A DNA stretch of 64,000 nt from assembly GCA_964354545.1 (NCBI GenBank), contig CAYHAE010000001.1, forward strand, positions 65,190-129,189, read 5' to 3'. The notes below the pieces were generated by a model. The model was given only the letters and a program-made list of their open reading frames with translations, did no database searches and was not told the origin of the DNA. Position 1 is the stretch's first letter, and every line of letters starts with the position of its first letter. Positions 9,209 through 18,905 of this stretch are shown in pieces. The position numbers and the translations under genes were made by a program. The DNA is from an uncultured Planctomycetia bacterium. GTDB lineage: Bacteria; Omnitrophota; Gorgyraeia; 2-01-FULL-45-10; JAHFGN01.

Positions 9209-9221
9209 AAAATTTAAGCCT

Positions 9222-11357
9222 ATGAACTATTTTGGAATTACAGGCCTCTTGAATGGAATAATAAGCACAATTTTGGGCCTATTTGTAATTACAAGAGATT
9301 TTCGTAATGTTAAATATATTGCCTATTCTCTAGCTTGTTTGAATGTTTCGATTTGGAGCTATAGTTATTTTCTTTGGCAACTCTCTAACGATTATGTAAG
9401 CGCTCTTTTCTGGGCAAGAGCTTTAATGGCAGGTAGTGTTTATACTCCCATTTGTCATTTACATGCCTTAGTAGAAATATTAAATGAAAAAACTAGAAAA
9501 AGGCAAAAAATTATTATTTTAGGATATTTATTAGCCACACTTTTGTTGATTTCTGATTTCGGACCATTTTTAGTAAAGGGTGTTGAATCCAGAATGTTTT
9601 TTCCATTTTGGCCAATTCCTGGCATTGCGTTTCATTTTTTTATAGCCGTATGGGTTTATTACGTTGTATATAGCATTTATATTCTGTATAAACATAGTTT
9701 TAAAATTCAGGTCGCAGATGCAAATAAGATAAAATTTATCTTTATCATAACACTTTTTGTTTGGATTGGTGCCGCAACTAATCTTACATTATGGTATAAC
9801 ATAAACATTCCACCCTGGGGAAACCCGGCCATATCTATTTATTTAATATTGATCGCTTATGCTATATTACGATATCGGTGGATGGACATCGAAGTCGTCA
9901 TCAAGAAGACCCTTGTCTTTGCGGGGTTGTTGGCGGCGGTGTTTGCCATATTAATCCTGCCGACTCTGATTATTCAGGAATATCTTCTGAGAAGTGCTAG
10001 GTTTAGCGGAAGGGCACTGGGTCTTACCGTAAGCGGTATTATCATCATATTCACCATGAGGAAGATCGAAAATTTTCTTATAAATGTAACAGACAAATAC
10101 CTCTTTCAGAAGAAATACGACTACAAAGAGCTGCTCAAGACATTCACCACGGATGTTCTCACGGTCATGAACCTGGACAGGCTCGTGAACCTCACCGTGG
10201 ATAAGCTCGTCGACATCGTAAAGCTCAACTCCTGTGCAGTATTGCTCCTCGATGAGGATAGCCGGCAGTTCACCGTGGTCGCCTCAAAGCATATAAAAGA
10301 CCCCTCGGTGACATTGGTTAAGCCCAATGGCATCATCGCGTTTTTAGAGACTACCCACGGATACCTCTTGAAAAGCGAGCTCGCTCAAAAGAAGGTATTC
10401 ATCCCGGAGCCGGTCCAGGAGGTAATAGATAAGCTTAACGCAGAACTTATCATACCCATGGTGTTACATGATAAGGTTATGGGGATATTATCGCTCGGCA
10501 AGAAGAAGTCCGATGAGGGCTACACCCAAGATGACTGGGATATACTTATGCCGCTTTCCAGGACGCTCGCCATAGCGATCTCTAACGCAAAACTCTTCGA
10601 GGAACTCGGAAAGACCCAGGCGGAGGCGGCACAGAGGGAGAAGATGGCGGTCATCGGGACATTGTCGGCTGGCATAAACCATGAGATTTGTAATCCTCTT
10701 GGCATCGCGCGCGGGCAGTGCGAGGCCTTCCTGTTGAACGTGCGCGATGGCCTGTTCAAAGATAAAAGCCCCGATGAGCTATTAACCAAGGCCAAGGAGA
10801 TAATGCAGAAGGTAATAAAAGAGACCGACCGGGCCGTTTCCATCACCAAGAAGCTTTCGAGTTTCGCAAAGCCGTCTAGGGGCGAGGCGGAGTATATCGT
10901 CATAGATAAAGAAGTGGACGAGGTCCTGGCTCTGGTTGGCTACGAACTGAAATTGGAGAAGATCGAGATCGAGAAGCAAGTAGGAAAAGGTTTACCCGAC
11001 CTTTTCGTCGATAGGAAACAGCTCCAGGAGATCCTTTTCAACCTTATCCGCAATGCCGGCCAGGCGATAGGCGAAAAAGGGAAGATCACGGTCGCGGCCC
11101 ATGAGTTGAAAGGAAAGATAAGCATCGATATCCAGGATACGGGGTCGGGGATCCCTGAGGACAAGATAAAGGAGCTCTTCAATCCATTCTTCACGACCAA
11201 GGAACCGGGCAAAGGCACAGGTCTGGGGTTGTTCATCGTTCGTCAGGTCGTTGAGAAGAACGGCGGACGCATCTATCTCAAACAGACGAAAGTCGGAGAA
11301 GGAACGACATTTACGCTTGAATTTCCTGTTGCGGCAGCGAAGGAAGTTCAGGTTTAA
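9222..11357 (+). CDS. sensor histidine kinase (polytopic N-terminal membrane domain, GAF, HisKA, HATPase_c), paralog 1
   Basis: Multiple TM helices are followed by the [11 protein letters not shown] motif. The H-box is [12 protein letters not shown]-boxes DTGSGI and GTGLGL are present. Confidence 0.8.
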   Translation: MNYFGITGLLNGIISTILGLFVITRDFRNVKYIAYSLACLNVSIWSYSYFLWQLSNDYVSALFWARALMAGSVYTPICHLHALVEILNEKTRKRQKIIILGYLLATLLLISDFGPFLVKGVESRMFFPFWPIPGIAFHFFIAVWVYYVVYSIYILYKHSFKIQVADANKIKFIFIITLFVWIGAATNLTLWYNINIPPWGNPAISIYLILIAYAILRYRWMDIEVVIKKTLVFAGLLAAVFAILILPTLIIQEYLLRSARFSGRALGLTVSGIIIIFTMRKIENFLINVTDKYLFQKKYDYKELLKTFTTDVLTVMNLDRLVNLTVDKLVDIVKLNSCAVLLLDEDSRQFTVVASKHIKDPSVTLVKPNGIIAFLETTHGYLLKSELAQKKVFIPEPVQEVIDKLNAELIIPMVLHDKVMGILSLGKKKSDEGYTQDDWDILMPLSRTLAIAISNAKLFEELGKTQAEAAQREKMAVIGTLSAGINHEICNPLGIARGQCEAFLLNVRDGLFKDKSPDELLTKAKEIMQKVIKETDRAVSITKKLSSFAKPSRGEAEYIVIDKEVDEVLALVGYELKLEKIEIEKQVGKGLPDLFVDRKQLQEILFNLIRNAGQAIGEKGKITVAAHELKGKISIDIQDTGSGIPEDKIKELFNPFFTTKEPGKGTGLGLFIVRQVVEKNGGRIYLKQTKVGEGTTFTLEFPVAAAKEVQV

Positions 11358-11384
11358 GGGGACCGCGGAGAACAGAATTGTGAC

Positions 11385-11756
11385 ATGGAAAAACCACGGA
11401 TAGTTGCAATAGACGATGAAGCCGAATTCGTCGACATGTTGAAGAACTATTTTGCGCCAAGAGGGTATGACATCGAGGTGGCGATCCGCGGGGCAAAGGG
11501 CATCGAGATCGTAAAGGAGAAGAAGCCGAACGTCGTGTTGATGGACCTGAAGATGCCTGGGATCGATGGCGATGAGGTGCTGACGCTCCTCAAATCGATG
11601 GAGCCGGCTCCCAAGGTGATATTCGTGACAGCATATGACGACGGCGGCAAGACGAAGGCGCGCCTCTTGAAGATGGGCGCATACGCGTATTTCGACAAGC
11701 CATTGTCGAGCCTGAAGGATTTGGAAGAGGCGATTAATCAGGCAGCTCAGAAATAA
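11385..11756 (+). CDS. single-domain response regulator (CheY-like receiver)
   Basis: Motifs DDE, VLMDLKMPGIDG and the downstream Lys. Confidence 0.8.
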   Translation: MEKPRIVAIDDEAEFVDMLKNYFAPRGYDIEVAIRGAKGIEIVKEKKPNVVLMDLKMPGIDGDEVLTLLKSMEPAPKVIFVTAYDDGGKTKARLLKMGAYAYFDKPLSSLKDLEEAINQAAQK

Positions 11757-11765
11757 ACGCGTGCA

Positions 11766-11791
11766 GATGATCACCGATATCTGTGATCATC
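11766..11791. promoter_or_regulatory. near-perfect 26-bp palindrome GATGATCACcGATATCtGTGATCATC (24 of 26 positions symmetric)
   Basis: Read directly in the sequence. It lies between the two receiver genes. Confidence 0.5.
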
Positions 11792-11817
11792 TGTGTTCCA
11801 AAAAAACAGGAGTACCC

Positions 11818-12198
11818 ATGCGCAAAATACTCGTGGTCGATGACGAGATCGACGTATGCGATTTCGTGAAGACTTTTTTCGAAGAGAGAGGGTTTAGGGT
11901 TTTTACCGCGCTGAACGGCGCTGAAGCGGTCTCGATCGTTCAGAGAGACAAACCGGATGTGATACTGCTTGATATCAAGATGAAGGGCATGGACGGGCTC
12001 GCTACGCTGCACCAGATCAAGGAGGTTGACCGGGATTCGAAAGTCATCATGGTTACCGCGCTCGAGGACCAGGACAAGATGGAAGAGGCGTATAAATGCG
12101 GCGCGATCGATTACATCACAAAACCCCTCGTCCTGGATTATCTGGAATCGGCGGTGTTAAAGGCATTGGGACTGAGCAACAGCGCGACGATCCGTTAG
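11818..12198 (+). CDS. single-domain response regulator (CheY-like receiver)
   Basis: Motifs VVDDE, ILLDIKMKGMDG and TKP. Confidence 0.8.
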   Translation: MRKILVVDDEIDVCDFVKTFFEERGFRVFTALNGAEAVSIVQRDKPDVILLDIKMKGMDGLATLHQIKEVDRDSKVIMVTALEDQDKMEEAYKCGAIDYITKPLVLDYLESAVLKALGLSNSATIR

Positions 12199-12264
12199 GT
12201 GGGTGAAAAATTTGCTGCACACGAGATCGGGATGCCGTTCAAATCGTACCGACTGTTTTTTCTA

Positions 12265-12385
12265 TTTCAACGCAGATTCTCGCGGATTTCCTGCCCGACG
12301 GCAGGCGGGCACGCAGATACTCGCAGATATCTGCGTTAATCTGCGTTTGATTCGCGTCTATCTGCGTTAACGCATGGTTTTTTAA
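12265..12385. promoter_or_regulatory. cluster of at least six CGCAGAT/ATCTGCG half-sites, including the perfect palindromes CGCAGATATCTGCG and GCGTTAACGC
   Basis: Read directly in the 217-bp intergenic region upstream of the HD-GYP gene. Confidence 0.45.
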
Positions 12386-12415
12386 CGCACTTAATTCCTG
12401 TATCAAGGAGATGCA

Positions 12416-13840
12416 GTGACCTATAACAACCACAGAAAAGCGCCGAGCTGGTCCAAGCTCCAGAACTGGTTTTTACAGCTCAGCGCCGAGGGAGAGAACG
12501 GGAACGGCGCGGTTAAGAATAAAGGCGCAGATGCGTCTGCCCGGGATACCTCTCACGAAAAATTCGCCCCCAGGCTGGATTACCAGGTCTTCTTGGAAAA
12601 TGCTTCGAGGAGCATGATCCGTTTCAAGAAGCCCGAGCACCTCATAAAGATGATCTGCCGCGTCATCAGCGAGCAGCTTAAGGTTACCCACACGGCGATG
12701 CTGCTGTTTAAAGAGTCGAAGAACGCGTACATCCTGATCGATTCAAGGGGCGAGGGCGGGCTGAAGATCCCGGTCGGATATATCCGGCTGCCGTTAGACA
12801 GCCCCCTGATCCAGATATTCAATCAACAACAGAACTTTCTCGTATCGGGCACAGGGACACTGAACTATGACGACATCATCATCTGCCTCAAGAATAGAGA
12901 TATACTCGACAAAGAGCCGGAATTGTACAACGAGCTTTTAGCCCTAAAGAAGCAGATGGACCTGCTGAAGGCGAACGTGTGCGTTCCGTGCTATTTTAAA
13001 CAGGATCTCCTTGGGATCATGATCCTGGGCTACAAGATAAACGGACAGCGTTTCAGAAGAGATGAGCTCGGTTTCTTCGTCACTCTGGCGAACGATGCTG
13101 CGATGGCGATATCGAATGCGCAGCTCATCGAAAGCCAGCTGGAGAGGATCGACGAGATAAAAGAGCTCTATAATCGCGAGCACAGGATATTCATTCACAC
13201 CGCGATCGCGCTTGCCGCGGCCATCGATGCGAGAGACCCGTATACCCACGGCCATACTGCGAGGGTAACGAACTACTGCCTTGCCATCGCGAAAGAGCTG
13301 GAGGGAGTTCCGGAAGAGGGCGGATACAAGAATTTCAAGGAGACCCTGCACCTATCGGCGCTTTTGCACGATGTCGGGAAGATCGGCATACCTGACCACA
13401 TATTGAATAAGACAGGCATGCTCACACCCGAAGAGTATACGGAGGTGAAGAAGCATCCTCTTATAGGCGCGATGATAATAAATCCTATCAAGGAATTGAA
13501 CGAGATCGCGCGGGAAGTGCGCCACCACCAGGAGGCCTTCGACGGTTCCGGCTATCCCGATGGGCTCAAAGAGAGCGAGATACCCTTTATCGCGAGGATC
13601 ATCGCAGTCGCCGACGCGTTCGATGCGATCACCACCGATAGGCCTTACAGGAAGAAGAAAAGCCCTGAGGAGGCAATTAAAGAACTTAAGAAATATTCGG
13701 GAACGCAGTTCGACCCTGTTGTCGTTTCAGCCCTCATCCTCGCCTACGAAAAAGGAAACCTCCTGCCCAACCACAAGAATAGGAACGGTAAGAACGGAAG
13801 TAACGGTATCAAATCTCCCTACCCTGCAAATCCTTTTTAA
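12416..13840 (+). CDS. HD-GYP domain c-di-GMP phosphodiesterase with N-terminal GAF-like sensor
   Basis: HD motif LHDVGKIGIP and GYP motif FDGSGYPDGL. GTG start with an AGGAG RBS. Confidence 0.8.
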   Translation: MTYNNHRKAPSWSKLQNWFLQLSAEGENGNGAVKNKGADASARDTSHEKFAPRLDYQVFLENASRSMIRFKKPEHLIKMICRVISEQLKVTHTAMLLFKESKNAYILIDSRGEGGLKIPVGYIRLPLDSPLIQIFNQQQNFLVSGTGTLNYDDIIICLKNRDILDKEPELYNELLALKKQMDLLKANVCVPCYFKQDLLGIMILGYKINGQRFRRDELGFFVTLANDAAMAISNAQLIESQLERIDEIKELYNREHRIFIHTAIALAAAIDARDPYTHGHTARVTNYCLAIAKELEGVPEEGGYKNFKETLHLSALLHDVGKIGIPDHILNKTGMLTPEEYTEVKKHPLIGAMIINPIKELNEIAREVRHHQEAFDGSGYPDGLKESEIPFIARIIAVADAFDAITTDRPYRKKKSPEEAIKELKKYSGTQFDPVVVSALILAYEKGNLLPNHKNRNGKNGSNGIKSPYPANPF

Positions 13841-13956
13841 CAAATTCACAAAGATCAGGATCTTTGTGAGAACCATATATCCTGAAAAGAAGACAAGGAG
13901 TATGTAATGCCCCCTTTGCTTTGGTTTTCCTGCTATCATGTGGTATATTTAGGGTG

Positions 13957-14805
13957 ATGAACAGGAAGTCTGAGCTCAAGTTCGATGAGATTGGCTATTG
14001 GTCTGAGATGAAACTCGAGATCATCGACGCATATGCTCGAGAATATTCTAAGATCATGTCTTGTCAGACCAGTCCCTCCTTAGAGCATACATATATTGAC
14101 GCTTTTGCTGGCCCTGGAATACACAGATCCAAAGAAACGGGTGACATGATTCCGGGAAGTCCAGAAAAAGCTCTTTCGGTCGTGCCACCCTTCAAGAAGT
14201 ATTGTTTCATAGATCTGGACTCGAATAAGGCGGGTTATTTACATCAACGGTATGATCAAAATCCCACGGTGAGCATTTATGAGGGTGATTGTAATCATAT
14301 TTTGTTGAAAGAAGTGTTCCCCCGAGTGAGATATAGGGATTACAGACGAGGGCTCTGCCTCCTGGATCCGTATGGGCTACATCTTAAGTGGGAAGTTATG
14401 AAAGAGGCGGGCCAGATGCGGTCGATTGAGATATTTCTCAACTTCCCAATAATGGACATGAATAGAAATGTATTCTGGCTTAATCCGGACGGAGTAGATC
14501 TGAGCGACATCGAGAGAATGAATGCTTTTTGGGGAGATGCCTCGTGGCGCGATATCGTATACACTAGCAGACGCGATCTTTTTGGGTATATCGAAAAAGA
14601 ACCCAATCCGGTGATTGCCGAGAACTTTAGGGATCGGCTCAAGAAAGTTGCGGGGTTTCAGTATGTAGCTAAGCCATTGCCCATGAGAAACGAAAAAAAT
14701 GCGGTGATATACTACCTCTTTTTTGCATCTCAAAAACCGGTTGCTGCTAAGATTGTCGATTACATATTTGACAAATATGGGAAGAGGAGGTTTGATAATG
14801 GCTGA
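13957..14805 (+). CDS. three-Cys-motif partner protein (TcmP-like)
   Basis: About 280 aa. The gene is co-directional with the following Gp37/Gp68 gene and overlaps it by 8 nt. Its identity is inferred mainly from this conserved pairing. AT-rich. Confidence 0.4.
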   Translation: MNRKSELKFDEIGYWSEMKLEIIDAYAREYSKIMSCQTSPSLEHTYIDAFAGPGIHRSKETGDMIPGSPEKALSVVPPFKKYCFIDLDSNKAGYLHQRYDQNPTVSIYEGDCNHILLKEVFPRVRYRDYRRGLCLLDPYGLHLKWEVMKEAGQMRSIEIFLNFPIMDMNRNVFWLNPDGVDLSDIERMNAFWGDASWRDIVYTSRRDLFGYIEKEPNPVIAENFRDRLKKVAGFQYVAKPLPMRNEKNAVIYYLFFASQKPVAAKIVDYIFDKYGKRRFDNG

Positions 14806-15550
14806 GTATTCCTCGATAGAGTGGACAGACTCAACCTGGAATCCGGCAACCGGTTGCAGCAAGGTCAGTTTGGGATGCAAAAATTGTTATGCAGAGACCT
14901 TTGCGGAGAGGTTTCGGGGTGTCCCGCGGCATCCATTCGAGCAGGGATTTGACTTAAAACTGTGGCCAAATCGGTTGAGTTTGCCTCTATTATGGAGAGA
15001 GCACCGCATGATTTTCGTTAACTCCATGTCTGACCTCTTCCACGAGGACGTTCCCGACGAATTTATTGCGAAGGTTTTTGAGACGATGCTACAGGCAGAT
15101 CGTCACACCTTTCAGTTGCTGACCAAGCGATCGGAACGGATGGTGCGCTGGATCCAAAAACGATTCAATCGATATCTGGTACCGCAACATATTTGGCTCG
15201 GGGTTTCCGTTGAAAATCAGGAATATGTGCGGAGGATCCATCATCTACAGAGGATGCCGGCATGCGTCAGGTTTGTATCCTGCGAACCGTTGCTAGGCCC
15301 TATTACGTTCGATTCGCGGGACCTGAACGGAATACATTGGGTTATTGTTGGCGGCGAGAGTGGGCCCAAGGCCAGGCCCATGGATCCATTGTGGGCTCGG
15401 GATATAAAGGATCAATGCGAACAAAATGAAGTGGCGTTCTTTTTCAAACAATGGGGGACGTTCAACGCCCGTGGAGAACGGGTCGGAAAGAAAAACGCCG
15501 GAAGGGTTTTGGATGGCAAGGTATGGGATCAAATGCCGGCAATGGTCTAA
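14798..15550 (+). CDS. phage Gp37/Gp68-family protein (three-Cys motif)
   Basis: N-terminal signature SSIEWTDSTWNPATGCSKVSLGCKNCYAE with C-x6-C-x2-C. About 250 aa. Confidence 0.65.
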   Translation: MAEYSSIEWTDSTWNPATGCSKVSLGCKNCYAETFAERFRGVPRHPFEQGFDLKLWPNRLSLPLLWREHRMIFVNSMSDLFHEDVPDEFIAKVFETMLQADRHTFQLLTKRSERMVRWIQKRFNRYLVPQHIWLGVSVENQEYVRRIHHLQRMPACVRFVSCEPLLGPITFDSRDLNGIHWVIVGGESGPKARPMDPLWARDIKDQCEQNEVAFFFKQWGTFNARGERVGKKNAGRVLDGKVWDQMPAMV

Positions 15551-15560
15551 GGGATGATCA

Positions 15561-16469
15561 ATGGATAGCCTGGTCGCCAAAAAATTTTATCTGAAAAAGA
15601 GAGAAGTCTCGGAAAAGTTAGAAAACGATATCTTGCAGACACAGCGTGAAATTTCTTCAAGAGGAACAATTCGCTCAAGCGTATTTTTAAATGTCGCTTT
15701 CAAGCTTATCTCAGAATCGGCAAGAGAAAATATTGATTCACTTCTAAAGATATATGAGGATGTGGGTATTTCTACAAGCGAGGAAACCTTTGTGATCGAC
15801 AAGGAAGCTGAGATAAAGGGCGAGGTCGAGAAACTTGTCCCGATTGAGGCCCAGCGGGTGAATGAGAAAATAGATGATTTGGCAAAAAGAATAGGAATAG
15901 CGCGCCCTCATGATGCCAGTTACGTATTTACTAACTTACAGGTAGAAGCGCGAGACAGGGCTGAGATTCTTATCGAGACGATACGGCGCCGTATTCAAAA
16001 TAAGCAACCTAAAAAGTCACTCACCGACGATGTCTTTGTTATCATGCAGATCGGCAATCCTCAGCTCGACAAGATCTGGAAAGATATATATGTTCCCGTA
16101 ATCGGAGATTTTAAGTTGCACCCGAAGCGAATTGATAAGCATGGTGAGGGTCGCTTCTTAATGAGCGAAGTAGCTGGCTATCTGAACAATAGTAAACTTG
16201 TCATTGCCGATTTAACCAACGCCCGGCCTAATTGCTATCTCGAGGTAGGTTACACATTGGGCGTCGATAAGAACAGCCACCTGATCCTTTGTGCCCGGGA
16301 AGATCATAATATGGATAGCCCTTGTTACAAAAGGGATGGACCTAAAGTGCATTTCGATATAAGCGGCTATGATATAGTGTGGTGGGATGAAAATAAGATC
16401 GACGATTTTAAGATAGACCTGGCCAAAAAGATTACTTATAGGTTAACAGTCATCGGCAGCCAGAAATAG
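15561..16469 (+). CDS. hypothetical protein with C-terminal SLOG/TIR-like (nucleoside 2-deoxyribosyltransferase-like) domain
   Basis: C-terminal pattern VFVIMQIG...LVIADLT...NPNCYLEVGYTLGVDKNSHLIL resembles the NDT/TIR-like fold. The N-terminal half is alpha-helical and has no match. AT-rich. Confidence 0.35.
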   Translation: MDSLVAKKFYLKKREVSEKLENDILQTQREISSRGTIRSSVFLNVAFKLISESARENIDSLLKIYEDVGISTSEETFVIDKEAEIKGEVEKLVPIEAQRVNEKIDDLAKRIGIARPHDASYVFTNLQVEARDRAEILIETIRRRIQNKQPKKSLTDDVFVIMQIGNPQLDKIWKDIYVPVIGDFKLHPKRIDKHGEGRFLMSEVAGYLNNSKLVIADLTNARPNCYLEVGYTLGVDKNSHLILCAREDHNMDSPCYKRDGPKVHFDISGYDIVWWDENKIDDFKIDLAKKITYRLTVIGSQK

Positions 16470-16832
16470 AAAGAGATTTTCATTTTGAAAAATAGCATTA
16501 TTGAGATGCTAGGGGGGCAGCTTCCGCAGGGGCAGGTCTCGTAGCCGTTAAGGACAAATAAAGATTTTTGTAAGAATTTTCCCTCTTTTACGTCTTCAGA
16601 TGATGGGACGGAGAAGGGGGGATTTTTATGGTTATGCGATATCTACCGTCAAGTCTCGAATTAAGATGCAGAACAGGTTTGAGATTGCGAAACAGAGTAT
16701 TTCGAAATATAATATGCTTGGTTGTATCATTTTCGATTTCAATCTCCAAGCTGTCCCTAGTCTCATCTTCAAAGCGTACAGGGGCATATTGAATCGTAAT
16801 TTCCCAAACGCACAGTCCTATATTAGAGAACA

Positions 16833-18905
16833 ATGAATATTTTTACCATTTCTTCAGCTTTAATTTTTGTAACATCTTTAACTTCCGTAGCATTCCTATT
16901 ATTTAAAGGTAAAGAAAAACTAAAATGGCTATGGCTTCTATTTTCTATCTCCGTTGGAAATTGGGGACTTGCGGGCTATAACATATCAACTGCGCATTCA
17001 AAAGATATTGCCTTCGTATGGTGGAAAATCGCATATATTAGTGTAATTTTTGCTCCCGCGATCTATACGCATTTTGTTTTCACTTTTCTAAATAGTACGA
17101 AAAAATCGCTTCTCATATTGTTAGACATCGCAGCCTTTTCTTTTTTTGGTTTTAATCTATTATTTCCCAAGTTGTTTATTGGCGATCTGCGCCTTGTTTC
17201 TAGACAATTTTGGTGGCCCGATTGGCTAAGTACTTGCAACATCGTGTTTTTAATTTTTTTTGTTGCTTTTTATTGTTTCGCGCTCAATTATAGCATTTTA
17301 TTAATGATAAAACAGTTTTCCACCTCAACAGGTAGAAAGCGAAATCAGGCAAGATATTTTTTAATTGCAGCGATTTTTGGATGGGGCGGCGTTATGCCGC
17401 TTTTTTTGAATGTATTTTCGCATATTGACATTTATCCTTATAGTAATTTTTTGACATCAATTTACCCACTCATTGTCACCTACGCCATCATCCGCCATCG
17501 GCTGATGGACATCGAAGTCATCATAAAGAAGACCCTCATATTTGCGGGGTTATTCTCGGCGGCTTATGCGGTCTTCGCTTCTTTTGCCCTCTTGGGGCAG
17601 CTTGTCTTCGAGCGGTTCGTGACAGCCAACAGATGGGTCGCAATGCTCCCGAGCGTGGTAGTTGTCATCGCCATGTTCCGTCCTCTCGAGAAACTCCTGG
17701 TTGCTGTTACTGACAGGTACCTCTTCCAGAAGCGGTACGATGCCAAAGAGCTTCTCAAGATCTTCACCGAGGAGGTCCTTTTAGTCCTTGATATAGAGAA
17801 ACTTGCCGCCCTCACCATGAAAAAGCTCAACGAGACGATGAAGCTAACCACCTGCGCGCTCCTCCTCAAGGACGACGCGGCAGGAGACTTCGTATGCGCC
17901 TCGCCTCCTCCGGCAAACAAGGTGAGCTTATCCCGCGCAAGCGGCCTCGCCGTATCGCTGGAGAGATCGTCCTCTTTCATCTTGCGTACACATAGTGCGA
18001 GGATACCGGATACTGTAGCGAGCGACATGACACATCTCCGCGCAGAGCTCGCCATCCCCCTTCTCCTTCGCGGAAATCTCATCGGCATCCTCGCCCTCGG
18101 CAGGAAGATGTCAGATGAGGACTATGGCCAGGACGACTTGGACATACTTCTTCCTCTCGCGCAGACTCTCGCCATTGCCATCTCGAACGCGAAACTCTTC
18201 GACGAGCTCTCGAAGACCCAGGCAGAGGCAGCGCAGAAGGAGAAGATGGCGATGGTCGGAACCCTCGCCGCAGGCATGGCCCACGAGATAAGGAACCCCA
18301 TCACCACCATTAAGATATTCTCAGAATTCCTCAAGGAGAAGAAGGACGACCCCTCCTTCATCGAGAAGTTCGAGCGCCTCGTTCCAAGGGAGGTGGAGAA
18401 GATAAACCACATGATCACCCACCTCCTCGAGTTCTCAAGGCCCGCAGATTCCGCAGCAATGGAAGAAGTAGACCTCCATGAAGCCCTCAAGGACACGCTC
18501 GAGGTCCTCGGCCACGAGATGGTCTTACATGACATCGTCCTTAAAGAGGAGATAAGCGCTCTGCCTCCAGTATGGGGCAACCGGAAGCATCTCGAGGAGG
18601 TCCTCTTCAACCTCCTCCAGAACGCCATCCATGCCATAGGGAGGCGAGGTACCATCACCGTCACTGCGAAGGAGAGGGCAGGCTCAGTCGAGCTTGCCAT
18701 CCGCGACACCGGCTGCGGCATCCCCCAAAACGTCCTCCCCCACATATTCGAGCCCTTCTTCACCACCAAGATAGACACAAAAGGAGTAGGCCTTGGGCTC
18801 TATGTAGTCAAACAGCTCATGGTGAGGATGGACGGCTCTGTATCAGTCGAGAGTGAAGTAGGGAAGGGGACGACGTTCAGGCTGGTGTTCGCAAGGGCCA
18901 CATAA
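16833..18905 (+). CDS. sensor histidine kinase paralog 2 (7TM, GAF, HisKA, HATPase_c)
   Basis: Same architecture as 9222-11357, with the motifs LMDIEVIIKKT and GMAHEIRNP. Confidence 0.8.
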   Translation: MNIFTISSALIFVTSLTSVAFLLFKGKEKLKWLWLLFSISVGNWGLAGYNISTAHSKDIAFVWWKIAYISVIFAPAIYTHFVFTFLNSTKKSLLILLDIAAFSFFGFNLLFPKLFIGDLRLVSRQFWWPDWLSTCNIVFLIFFVAFYCFALNYSILLMIKQFSTSTGRKRNQARYFLIAAIFGWGGVMPLFLNVFSHIDIYPYSNFLTSIYPLIVTYAIIRHRLMDIEVIIKKTLIFAGLFSAAYAVFASFALLGQLVFERFVTANRWVAMLPSVVVVIAMFRPLEKLLVAVTDRYLFQKRYDAKELLKIFTEEVLLVLDIEKLAALTMKKLNETMKLTTCALLLKDDAAGDFVCASPPPANKVSLSRASGLAVSLERSSSFILRTHSARIPDTVASDMTHLRAELAIPLLLRGNLIGILALGRKMSDEDYGQDDLDILLPLAQTLAIAISNAKLFDELSKTQAEAAQKEKMAMVGTLAAGMAHEIRNPITTIKIFSEFLKEKKDDPSFIEKFERLVPREVEKINHMITHLLEFSRPADSAAMEEVDLHEALKDTLEVLGHEMVLHDIVLKEEISALPPVWGNRKHLEEVLFNLLQNAIHAIGRRGTITVTAKERAGSVELAIRDTGCGIPQNVLPHIFEPFFTTKIDTKGVGLGLYVVKQLMVRMDGSVSVESEVGKGTTFRLVFARAT
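18120..18905. repeat. about 0.8-kb segment near-identical to 20377-21162 (HK catalytic half)
   Basis: The encoded C-terminal roughly 260 aa of HK2 and HK3 are nearly identical. Minus-strand ORFs 18122-18778 and 20379-21035 translate almost identically. Confidence 0.8.

Noticed and set aside
10992-11774. 260-aa ORF on the minus strand
   Set aside because: It is antisense to the 3' half of histidine kinase 1 and the first receiver gene. It has no domain and its Leu/Arg-rich composition is typical of antisense GC-rich frames.
12375-12400. Possible sigma54 -24/-12 promoter (TGGTTTTTTAACGCA) before the HD-GYP gene
   Set aside because: The GG and GC dinucleotides are spaced roughly right, but both hexamers deviate from TGGCAC/TTGCA. 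The adjacent receivers lack sigma54-activator AAA+ domains.
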